A stretch of 64,000 bases of DNA from an uncultured bacterium (GTDB lineage: Bacteria > Acidobacteriota > HRBIN11 > JAKEFK01): positions 771,805-835,804 of the forward strand of contig CAWINI010000003.1 in assembly GCA_963837395.1 (NCBI GenBank), read 5' to 3'. Positions within the stretch are counted from its first letter, which is position 1. Each line of letters opens with the position of its first letter. The notes under the pieces were generated by a model. That model worked only from the letters and a program-made list of their open reading frames with translations. It ran no database searches and was not told the origin of the DNA. Below, in pieces: positions 20,479-28,528 of the stretch. The position numbers and the translations under genes were made by a program.

Positions 20479-20787
20479 AAACCCCTCCTGGGCTGACTGG
20501 TAAGTTGGTGAATAGTTGAAACGAAGTGATCGTTTTCGAAAAAAGGGTTAGAGACTATAATTACGTCACTGTTAGTAACGTAGCTACCTGAGATGTCCAG
20601 CATCAACTTCTTCCCCTCCTACAGGGAAATAGTGTTCAACGTTGACGGCAGACAAATCTGCTTTAACGCTGGAATAGGTTGCTTTATGAAACTGTTAACA
20701 GCACCTCACGCAAATCCAAGGCACCTGATTGACTGACCTAGCAGAGACTGAATTGAAAAATTCGATCCCTTTATTTACTTACCCGTG

Positions 20788-20820
20788 AAACTTTTAACAC
20801 AGGAACTTTTTGATTGTCAA
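20788..20820 (-). promoter_or_regulatory. Putative promoter of the giant S8 gene
   Basis: TTGACA-ATCAAAAAGTTCCTGTGT-TAAAAGTTT. Confidence 0.6.
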
Positions 20821-21038
20821 TATCCCTGGACACACATCGGCACTTGAGTATTACCTGAGTCTATTGAATGTGTGTTCTAACAGAATAGTAGATAACAATC
20901 CCGAGTCCATATATCGCAACTGGATTTTGAATCAGAAGCGAATGATAAGTAAATATCACAGGAATTTTACGGAGTCAACAACCTTTTGAAAATTTTTTTG
21001 AAAATTCCAAATTAAAAAAACTTCAACCACCCCACACA

Positions 21039-21064
21039 TCCCCCTCCTTATCTAAGGAGGGGGA
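21039..21064. repeat. REP-like palindrome of the CCCCTCCTT/AAGGAGGGG type
   Basis: TCCCCCTCCTTA-TC-TAAGGAGGGGGA, a perfect 12-bp stem; related copy at 24616-24636. Confidence 0.7.
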
Positions 21065-21094
21065 ATCTGGACAAGAGTAGTCCATAAAAGAAAA

Positions 21095-21122
21095 ATGGGC
21101 ACCCGCCACGGCGGATGCCCAT
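21095..21122 (-). terminator. Terminator of the TonB/ExbBD operon
   Basis: 12-bp GC-rich stem with one G-U pair, followed by a U tract on the minus strand, ~20 nt after the exbD stop. Confidence 0.8.
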
Positions 21123-21141
21123 TACAAAAAGGCAGTGTTGA

Positions 21142-21564
21142 TTAGCTAGGAATGGTAACTTTCTCGGTGATAATTCCGATCTTATCAGCGCCGGCAGTTC
21201 GGATAATATCCATGGTTGTCATTACGTTTCCATAGGGGAGTTCATCGTCAGCTGAATAGAATACGGTTTTATCGTTGCGATTCTTAAGGATATCCGTCAA
21301 TCTCAAAGGCAATTGTTGGATGTCCACCTGTTCGCGGTTCAAATACACTTTTCCTGGTTCGATTTGAGTAACGATCAGTTGCATTTTGGACTGCACTTCA
21401 GAAGCGAGGGCCGTTTTCTTAGGAGGCACATTCACGTCATAGCCCAATTGAAGCAACGGAGTGAGCACCATAAAGATAATCAGCAAAACAAGAACCACAT
21501 CGACAAGTGGAGTTACATTAATATCAGCATTGAGATGGCCTTTTTTGCTAGAAGTCATTGCCAT
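21142..21564 (-). CDS. exbD: ExbD/TolR family protein (second copy)
   Basis: DINVTPLVDVVLVLLIIFMV TM segment with the conserved Asp; C-terminal ADDELPYG...IGII motif. Confidence 0.9.
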   Translation of the reverse strand: MAMTSSKKGHLNADINVTPLVDVVLVLLIIFMVLTPLLQLGYDVNVPPKKTALASEVQSKMQLIVTQIEPGKVYLNREQVDIQQLPLRLTDILKNRNDKTVFYSADDELPYGNVMTTMDIIRTAGADKIGIITEKVTIPS

Positions 21565-21579
21565 AAAAACACCTCGACT

Positions 21580-22005
21580 CTAACTGGACTTATTTTCTTC
21601 AACTTTCTCGGTGATAAGACCAACATTTTCGAAACCTGCTTCATTAATCATGTCCATCACCTTTTTGATGTCTTTATACATCAGTCGTGCATCGCCTTTG
21701 ATCAGAATTTCACGACTTGGATTACGATCGTGCATTTCTTTTAACTGCGATACAAGCTCGGTTTTTGGTACCCAATTTTGTTCAATATAAATGGTGGAAT
21801 CCGATTTCACCGAAATAATTACCTGATTTTCGCTATCCGGTTTTTTATCCGGATTTTTTGTAATCGGTAATTCAACGGGCATACCTTTTTGCAGCATCGG
21901 AGTAACCACCATGAAGATGATTAGAAGGACGAGAACAACGTCAACAAGTGGCGTTACGTTAATGTCCGATCGGACATCTTCAGCTTCAGCTGACCCTGTT
22001 TGCAT
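21580..22005 (-). CDS. exbD: ExbD/TolR family protein (first copy); start reassigned to ATG 22005
   Basis: DINVTPLVDVVLVLLIIFMV; IKGDARLMY; GGAGG RBS before 22005. Confidence 0.9.
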   Translation of the reverse strand: MQTGSAEAEDVRSDINVTPLVDVVLVLLIIFMVVTPMLQKGMPVELPITKNPDKKPDSENQVIISVKSDSTIYIEQNWVPKTELVSQLKEMHDRNPSREILIKGDARLMYKDIKKVMDMINEAGFENVGLITEKVEENKSS

Positions 22006-22681
22006 GTGTACCTCCGCGTTGTTTGATGAAGAAGTCAATCAATTCATTCGCGGAATTGGACATTTCAATGTTAAAACGTTCGATGCGGTTGGTGAAGTAG
22101 TTAAATGCCCATACTGCAGGAATTGCCACTAACAAACCGAATGCTGTTGTATAGAGGGCTTCTGCAATACCAGCGGATACTGTACCAAGACCGCCGCCAC
22201 CAGCAACAGCCATCGTTTCGAAAGCGTGAATAATTCCAAAAACGGTTCCGAACAATCCTACAAACGGAGCAGTTGAACCGATAGTTGCAAGCGCACCGAT
22301 TCCGCGTTTTAGTTCAGCACCGGTCATCGCTGTAGCACGTTCAATTGCACGTTTTGCTGCATCAATGGTATCAAATCCTGCTTGTGTGCCAGGATTTTCG
22401 GTATCATATGTAAATTCATATAAACCGGCGGAAACTACTTTTGCCAGATGGCTTTTCTTATACGTTTTCGAAAGTTGAATGACTTCTTTCAACTTGTTTT
22501 GCTTCAATAATTGAGTTGCTTGAGTAGCAAACTTCAAAGATTGTTTTTTGGCGGCATTGTAAGTTAGCCACCGCTCAATCATTAAGCCAAGCGAATATAT
22601 CGACATAAGGGCTAACAAGGTGACGACAACTTTGCCCATGGTACCCATCGCCTGGAACATGCCTACCAATCCGAATTCCAT
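21986..22681 (-). CDS. exbB: MotA/TolQ/ExbB proton channel protein
   Basis: LATIGSTAPFVGLFGTVFGII and GIAEALYTTAFGLLVAIPA motifs. Confidence 0.92.
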   Translation of the reverse strand: MEFGLVGMFQAMGTMGKVVVTLLALMSIYSLGLMIERWLTYNAAKKQSLKFATQATQLLKQNKLKEVIQLSKTYKKSHLAKVVSAGLYEFTYDTENPGTQAGFDTIDAAKRAIERATAMTGAELKRGIGALATIGSTAPFVGLFGTVFGIIHAFETMAVAGGGGLGTVSAGIAEALYTTAFGLLVAIPAVWAFNYFTNRIERFNIEMSNSANELIDFFIKQRGGTHANRVS

Positions 22682-22704
22682 AATACATTCCTCCTAATCA
22701 ACCA

Positions 22705-23448
22705 TTAGCGTAACGTAAATTTTACAGTCACTGTAAAGTATACTTTGACGGGACGGTTGTTCAATAAAGCGGGCTTATATCTCCACTGTCTTACTGCATT
22801 TACAGCTGCTTGATCAAGGATCGGATGTAATGCACGTAAAACTTTTACACCTTCCACCGTCCCTTCCTTGGTAATTACTGCTTCTAAAATAACCACACCC
22901 TGAATTCTTGCTTTACGCGCGATTTCAGGATATTGCGGTTCTACTTTTTTAATCAGCTCCGGCTGTTTTACTTCCGCAGTAATACGCATCGGTGTTTCAT
23001 CACCTAAACCTCCAGGAACTCCACCGATGACTCCGCCCGGAACTCCTCCCAAAACTCCACCCGCAACTCCACCTTCTACACCACCTTCCACTCCGCCTTC
23101 TACACCAGTGTCTTCGGGTCCCTGGTCAGGTTCATCCGGCGTAGGAAGTTGTTCAGGAACTTCGGTTGGTTGAAAATCTTCTTGCGGCACTTCAGGTTTG
23201 GGTTCTACTTTCTTTACTTCCGGTGCTTTCTTTTTTGGAGCAGCCGGAGGTGGTGGGGGTGGTGGTGGCGGGGCCGATAATAAGGTTACTGGAATGGGAG
23301 GAGCTTGTACTGCCTCCACAAACCAGTAAGAGGCCCCAATCAAAATAGCAATCACAATAACATGTAACACCATGGCCACAGTCATGGTGTACTTCTTATT
23401 CTTACCTTCCTTTGAACCTCTAGATTCAATTAATGTGTCGTCCCACAT
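22705..23448 (-). CDS. tonB: TonB family energy transducer (start may be 23457)
   Basis: Single TM segment, poly-Pro linker, GGVEGG repeats, and a TonB_C domain (PQYPEIARKARIQGVVILEAVI...AVRQWRYKPA). Confidence 0.92.
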   Translation of the reverse strand: MWDDTLIESRGSKEGKNKKYTMTVAMVLHVIVIAILIGASYWFVEAVQAPPIPVTLLSAPPPPPPPPPAAPKKKAPEVKKVEPKPEVPQEDFQPTEVPEQLPTPDEPDQGPEDTGVEGGVEGGVEGGVAGGVLGGVPGGVIGGVPGGLGDETPMRITAEVKQPELIKKVEPQYPEIARKARIQGVVILEAVITKEGTVEGVKVLRALHPILDQAAVNAVRQWRYKPALLNNRPVKVYFTVTVKFTLR

Positions 23449-23462
23449 AACGCTCAATCCTC

Positions 23463-24299
23463 CTAGGACGGAGTTTGCTTACGAAGCTCTACAGCTTTAT
23501 CCTGCAACTCTTTTGCCTTTTGCAAATATCCGTTGTATTCATCAATCTTGTCATCCGGAACTGGAAATAGATTTGGATCCGGAGAAATCAATTTCGCTTT
23601 TTCGCGATACAACAAGTTCATATATAAATAAGCATCGGCATATTTTGGATTTATCTTAACAGCACGATCCAAAGCATCCATTCCAGTATTAATTAGTTTT
23701 TCCCTTTCTTCCGGAGTAACATCTGCAAACTTATATGCTTTCTCCCAGCAAATAACGCCGATTACATAGTATGCTTCAGCATTGTTCGGCTCAACTTCAG
23801 TCCGCCGTTTGTACCACTTTAATGCTTCATCAAACTTGCCTGATTTCGCATAGATGAATGCTAATTTCTGCATTGTTGCAGTATCACTCGGATGTTTTTT
23901 CAAGAAATCTTCGAAGTAAGCGATTGCATCATCGGTCCTTTCAGCATTTAAATACATTGTAATCAAATACTCATTGACCTTCGGATCGTCCGGATGCTTT
24001 TGCAAATAAGCTTTGAATTCTTTGATAGCCTGATCAGCGTATTCAACATCTTTTGGATGTGTTGAACCTGGCTGATAGAGGGCCATATAACTCAGCCCCA
24101 GATTTAAGTGCACTAAATCAAAATCGGAATCATGTTTGAGTGCCAATTTATAGTGCTTAATTGCTTCATCATATTTCTTACCTTTGTAATATTCGTTGCC
24201 TTTCTTGATTTCCATCTTTGCCTTAATCTGGCCACAGGAGACAAATGTCAGCGCGGAAAAAAGGACAATCAACACCGGTATGAAGTGAATTCGCTTCAT
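23463..24299 (-). CDS. TPR-repeat lipoprotein
   Basis: Lipobox FVSC; several TPR repeats; first gene of the TonB operon. Confidence 0.85.
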   Translation of the reverse strand: MKRIHFIPVLIVLFSALTFVSCGQIKAKMEIKKGNEYYKGKKYDEAIKHYKLALKHDSDFDLVHLNLGLSYMALYQPGSTHPKDVEYADQAIKEFKAYLQKHPDDPKVNEYLITMYLNAERTDDAIAYFEDFLKKHPSDTATMQKLAFIYAKSGKFDEALKWYKRRTEVEPNNAEAYYVIGVICWEKAYKFADVTPEEREKLINTGMDALDRAVKINPKYADAYLYMNLLYREKAKLISPDPNLFPVPDDKIDEYNGYLQKAKELQDKAVELRKQTPS

Positions 24300-24455
24300 A
24301 GATTACTCCTTACTTTGGAAGGCAGCGGTTTTCTGCCGCTCTGTCGGAGTGTGATGACGGGAAAAAACCAGTCGACAGCAACGGCAACTGTAGCTCCTAC
24401 ATTTAGAGATTCTGACCCAATACTACGGCAAGGGCTTTTAGAACGCCGTATCATA

Positions 24456-24483
24456 TTTATACTCGAGCAACATGAATTGTCAA
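24456..24483 (-). promoter_or_regulatory. Sigma70-like promoter of the TPR-tonB-exbBDD operon
   Basis: TTGACA-N16-TATAAA on the minus strand. Confidence 0.55.
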
Positions 24484-24577
24484 TACGTGCAACTGCCAGA
24501 TGAAGGAATTCTTCTTTACGCACAATTATTTGGACACTTAAGTTAGTTAAAAGTTCCAAGCACTAACCGAAACATTT

Positions 24578-24697
24578 AATCATGGAATCCACGAAATACG
24601 CGGAACATTAAGTTCTCCCCCTTATGAAGGGGGGGATGAAAGAGGGGAGTTGGAATGTTCAATTAATAATTTCAGTGCCTTCTGTGCTTCCGTGATT
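24578..24697 (+). repeat. Gene-less copy of the GxxExxY-type inverted-repeat element with a nested CCCCCTT/AAGGGGG palindrome
   Basis: Left arm AATCATGGAATCCACGAAATACGCGGAA, right arm TTTCAGTGCCTTCTGTGCTTCCGTGATT; inner palindrome at 24616-24636 framed by GAACATT...AATGTTC. Confidence 0.65.
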
Positions 24698-24740
24698 AAA
24701 AATAAGGAAACTTGTCATCCGCGGCCCTGAAAGCGAATTT

Positions 24741-24989
24741 ATGAATATGGGAGTTCGAGGATTATTGCATCTTGGCGGCGGGAACGCGATTCCGGCAGCA
24801 AGAATTGTATGTATGATTTACCCCAACTCTGCGCCGATTCGACGATTAAAAAATGAAGCCCGAGCTCGAGGGCGATTAATTGATGCTACCGAGGGGAAAC
24901 AAACCCGGACTGTGATTATCACTGATAGCGGGCATGTAATTCTTTCATCGATGACACTGGTTACATTGTCATCCAGACTTCAAGGGTGA
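24741..24989 (+). CDS. DUF370/RemA family protein, orphan paralog
   Basis: SAPIRRL...LIDATEGKQTRTVIITDSGHVILS matches the RemA signature. Confidence 0.85.
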   Translation: MNMGVRGLLHLGGGNAIPAARIVCMIYPNSAPIRRLKNEARARGRLIDATEGKQTRTVIITDSGHVILSSMTLVTLSSRLQG

Positions 24990-25522
24990 TCGCTGCCGCC
25001 TTTTAATTGCTGCAAGTATTTTCGCCGGATTTTCCGCAGGATTTCCTGGTATTCAATAGACCGGTAATCAGGATATGTCCAATCAAGCGTGATAATCCGT
25101 TTGCGTTCAAACAACAATTCTTGTTGTGCAAAAACACCGAGTCCAAGATAAATGCGATGAGCATAATTTTTTGAAGTTGAAATGATATATGCCGCTGCTG
25201 TGAGATATCCTGGATCAAGATTCAGCACGCGCGAACCGGCCCTGGTCATATATTTTTCTTCTAACGTATTTGAAATGACCTTAATTGAAGCGAGTGATGC
25301 AGAATCGAATAATTTTTCAAAACTGATGAAACGACGGAACAACGGTTCACCCATTTCCTCAAAATAATAATCAGTGAAGTGAAATGGAATTGGGTCAGAG
25401 CGATAATCGATCGGTCCGAATTCAAGCTGCAGATCTTCAAGTGCTGGATTAATCCAAGGTTCTTCATGATAAAGGATCCCACAAACCAGTTTTACTTTTG
25501 GTGGAAGATCAAACTTTTTCAT
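24980..25522 (-). CDS. DUF4416 family protein
   Basis: FTDYYFEEMG, NLDPGYL and KNYAHRIYLG motifs. Confidence 0.75.
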   Translation of the reverse strand: MKKFDLPPKVKLVCGILYHEEPWINPALEDLQLEFGPIDYRSDPIPFHFTDYYFEEMGEPLFRRFISFEKLFDSASLASIKVISNTLEEKYMTRAGSRVLNLDPGYLTAAAYIISTSKNYAHRIYLGLGVFAQQELLFERKRIITLDWTYPDYRSIEYQEILRKIRRKYLQQLKGGSDHP

Positions 25523-26151
25523 TCTCTGCGTCTTTGCGGTAAAAAAGACTTCAACAATCGTTGAGTAGTATTGAAAACATCATCATTACGATAAATCTCA
25601 GAAATTACCGCGATGCCATCCGCACCGGAATTCAACAGCTCAGGAATTTTATTTTCAGTGATTCCACCAATACATATAATCGGCTTTTTAGTTACGGTTC
25701 GAGCTTTGTGCAAAAGATCAACGCCCACTACTGGATCTGGATTCGCTTTCGATGTTGTAGAAAATATTGGTCCGATTGAAATGTAATCAATCGGCAATCG
25801 ACCAGCATCTTGAAGTTGTTTCATGTTATGAGTTGAAACGCCAATGATTGCATCAGGCAAAAGCTGTCGGGCCTCTGTTGCTGGGAAATCATCTTGTCCC
25901 AGATGAACACCGGATGAATCGGTTATCATGCAAACATCAACCCGGTCATTCAGAATCAGCAAAACTCCATGCTGCTTGCACGTTGGAACTAATTCAGTCA
26001 CAAGCTTGTTGAAATCCGCGTTCGTCATTATTTTGCATCGCAGCTGCAGGATTTTCACACCAGCTTTAATTACAGCTTCAACATCGCGTTGCAAATCTGT
26101 ACTTCGACTGTCATCTAAAATTGGATAGAGGAACGGTGTTTCAATATTCAT
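25519..26151 (-). CDS. thiE: Thiamine-phosphate synthase
   Basis: LQLRCK, ILNDRVD, GVHLGQDD, GVSTHN, GPIFSTTSK and IGGIT motifs. Confidence 0.93.
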   Translation of the reverse strand: MNIETPFLYPILDDSRSTDLQRDVEAVIKAGVKILQLRCKIMTNADFNKLVTELVPTCKQHGVLLILNDRVDVCMITDSSGVHLGQDDFPATEARQLLPDAIIGVSTHNMKQLQDAGRLPIDYISIGPIFSTTSKANPDPVVGVDLLHKARTVTKKPIICIGGITENKIPELLNSGADGIAVISEIYRNDDVFNTTQRLLKSFLPQRRRE

Positions 26152-26169
26152 TGAATTTGAAGTTGAAAT

Positions 26170-27558
26170 CTAAAATTTTGTTGCGACTGGTTCTGAAAAC
26201 GAAGCGGACCGCGAGCGCGGTCTGAGGTCATATCGGGTCATGAAGTTTGTATCATAATTCCCATTTATAAAATCTTCATCTTGCAGAATTTTATGATGCA
26301 ATGGAATGTTGGTTTTTATTCCTTCAACAATCATCATTTCTAATGCGCGGCGCATTCGCGAAATAGCTGCTTTCCGAGTTGGTGAATGAACAATTACTTT
26401 TGCAATCATCGAATCGTAATAAGGAGAAATGACACCTTCTGCGTAAGCTGCAGTATCGACGCGCACACCCGGTCCACTTGGGGTGTAGAACGCTGTTACC
26501 CTGCCCGGTGAAGGCATAAAATTTCCTGGATCCTCTGCATTGATGCGGCACTCAATGCTATGCCCACGAATTTCAACCTGCTCCTGCTTGATTCCCAACT
26601 CCCTGCCGGCTGCAATCCGGATCTGTAAATATATGAGGTCCAGACTGGTGATCATCTCTGTTACAGGATGTTCGACCTGAACACGTGTATTCATTTCCAG
26701 GAAATAAAATCGGCCATGACGATCGACCAGGAATTCCACTGTCCCTGCATTCCAATAATTCACCGCACGTGCAACTTTCAATGCAGATTCGCCCATCTGG
26801 TTACGCAAATCCGGATCCAAACGCGTAGATGGTGCTTCTTCTATAATCTTTTGATGACGCCGCTGAATTGAACATTCGCGTTCGCCAAGATGAATCATGT
26901 TGCCATGTTCATCAGCAAGAATTTGAAATTCGATATGACGGGGGCGCTCTAAATATTTTTCCAAATAAATTTCTGATGCACCGAAAGTATTTTGAGCTTC
27001 ACGCTGAGCCATTCGAAATGCCGTAAAAAGCTCACCGGAATTATGTACAACCCGCATTCCTTTGCCACCACCACCGGCCGCCGCTTTCAAGATCACTGGA
27101 AAACCAAGCTCTTCCGCGATCCTTAACGCCTCTTCTTCCGTTTCAATTACACCCTTTGATCCAGGAATGATTGGAACTCCTGCTTCCGCCGCAATTTTGC
27201 GGGCCATCGCTTTGTCACCCATCATCCGGATCGCATGCGGACTTGGACCTATGAATTTGATGTGACATGTTTCGCAAATTTCTGCAAAATTGGCATTCTC
27301 TGATAAAAATCCATAGCCAGGATGGATCGCATCTGCACCTGTTACTTCCGCTGCAGAAATAATGTTCGGAATATTGAGATAACTTCCGATACTTTCAGGC
27401 CGTCCAATGCATACTTCCTCATCTGCGAAACGCACCGGCAGCGAATGACGATCTGCCTCTGAAAACACTGCGACTGTGCGGATCCCGAGTTCCTTGCAAG
27501 CAAGAATGATCCGGAGAGCAATCTCGCCGCGGTTTGCAATTAAAACTTTATTGAACAT
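26170..27558 (-). CDS. accC: Acetyl-CoA carboxylase, biotin carboxylase subunit
   Basis: [31 protein letters not shown] and [11 protein letters not shown] motifs. Confidence 0.97.
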   Translation of the reverse strand: MFNKVLIANRGEIALRIILACKELGIRTVAVFSEADRHSLPVRFADEEVCIGRPESIGSYLNIPNIISAAEVTGADAIHPGYGFLSENANFAEICETCHIKFIGPSPHAIRMMGDKAMARKIAAEAGVPIIPGSKGVIETEEEALRIAEELGFPVILKAAAGGGGKGMRVVHNSGELFTAFRMAQREAQNTFGASEIYLEKYLERPRHIEFQILADEHGNMIHLGERECSIQRRHQKIIEEAPSTRLDPDLRNQMGESALKVARAVNYWNAGTVEFLVDRHGRFYFLEMNTRVQVEHPVTEMITSLDLIYLQIRIAAGRELGIKQEQVEIRGHSIECRINAEDPGNFMPSPGRVTAFYTPSGPGVRVDTAAYAEGVISPYYDSMIAKVIVHSPTRKAAISRMRRALEMMIVEGIKTNIPLHHKILQDEDFINGNYDTNFMTRYDLRPRSRSASFSEPVATKF

Positions 27559-27560
27559 AT

Positions 27561-27616
27561 ACGTAATACGTAAAACGTAAAACGTAATATTACGTTTTAC
27601 GCATTACGTTTTACGT
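27561..27616. repeat. Palindromic heptamer array (ACGTAAW)x4 + (WTTACGY)x4
   Basis: Two abutting 28-nt arms that are near-perfect reverse complements, between accB and accC. Confidence 0.9.
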
Positions 27617-27667
27617 AAGTCGTATTATGTCCTACGTCCTATGGAATTGCTCCATATGAGTTTCGAA

Positions 27668-28153
27668 TTAAGCCTTAATACTGAATAGAACTTCGCTGAA
27701 TTCTACCGGTTGGCCGTTTGGAATGTGGATTTTTGTCACTTCGCCATCAACATCAGATTCAATTTCGTTCATAATTTTCATCGCTTCTATAATGCAAATG
27801 ACCTGACCCTTGCGGACTGAGTCTCCAACTTCCACAAACGGAGAACCACCCGGACTCGATGATCGATAGAATGTGCCAACCATAGGAGAGTGAACTTCAT
27901 GAACCACTTCCGCAGATTCAGTTGCACCTTGCGCCGGAGCAGCTTCGGATGTAGCTGCTTGATCCTGACCATTTCCAGGAGCACCCTGGCGCAGCGGTGC
28001 GGAAATTGTTTCGGATTCCACGAGCGTTCCATGCTTGATCCGTAAACGATAATCAGCCTTCTGAATTTCAAATTCGCTGACATTACTCTCGCGCAAAAGC
28101 TTTATCAATTCGCGTAATTCATCAAGATTAATATCTTCAGGACGGTCCGACAT
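27668..28153 (-). CDS. accB: Biotin carboxyl carrier protein
   Basis: SPMVGTFYR and the [10 protein letters not shown] biotinylation motif. Confidence 0.97.
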   Translation of the reverse strand: MSDRPEDINLDELRELIKLLRESNVSEFEIQKADYRLRIKHGTLVESETISAPLRQGAPGNGQDQAATSEAAPAQGATESAEVVHEVHSPMVGTFYRSSSPGGSPFVEVGDSVRKGQVICIIEAMKIMNEIESDVDGEVTKIHIPNGQPVEFSEVLFSIKA

Positions 28154-28510
28154 CTATACAAATTCCTTTTCCAAAATGTATTTCGCTTTTTTCAACTCAA
28201 AACGCGCCCGGCCAATATTGGCGCCTTCACTTAAGACGATCATCAAAAAATATTCGGTAGTGATCGCTTTAATCAACACAATCACACGTTCAGTTATTAA
28301 AATCAATTCATCGAGTCCGCCTGCTTCAACTTCCGTCGCAGTTTGAGCCGTATTGCGCAAAATTGTTGTGAACTCCGCAACCAACAGCTCTACGTTCAGC
28401 GTTTCTTTGCGAACCACTTTTTCGATAGGCAAGCCATCCGTTCCTACCAGCATGATATATTCGAGATCATCCAGTTTGTTGGCAATATCTTTCAGAGTAA
28501 CAGCAAACAT
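28154..28510 (-). CDS. Roadblock/LC7 domain protein (MglB/MglC-like)
   Basis: 118 aa; LVGTDGLPIE and C-terminal GANIGRARFELKK roadblock pattern. Confidence 0.85.
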   Translation of the reverse strand: MFAVTLKDIANKLDDLEYIMLVGTDGLPIEKVVRKETLNVELLVAEFTTILRNTAQTATEVEAGGLDELILITERVIVLIKAITTEYFLMIVLSEGANIGRARFELKKAKYILEKEFV

Positions 28511-28528
28511 AGTTATGCCTGTAGTAAA

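Noticed and set aside
20478-21142. Riboswitch (c-di-GMP, cobalamin, TPP) in the long S8 leader, in the TonB operon leader (24300-24455) or upstream of thiE
   Set aside because: I could not find the conserved cores of these aptamers by eye; an Infernal/Rfam scan would be decisive.
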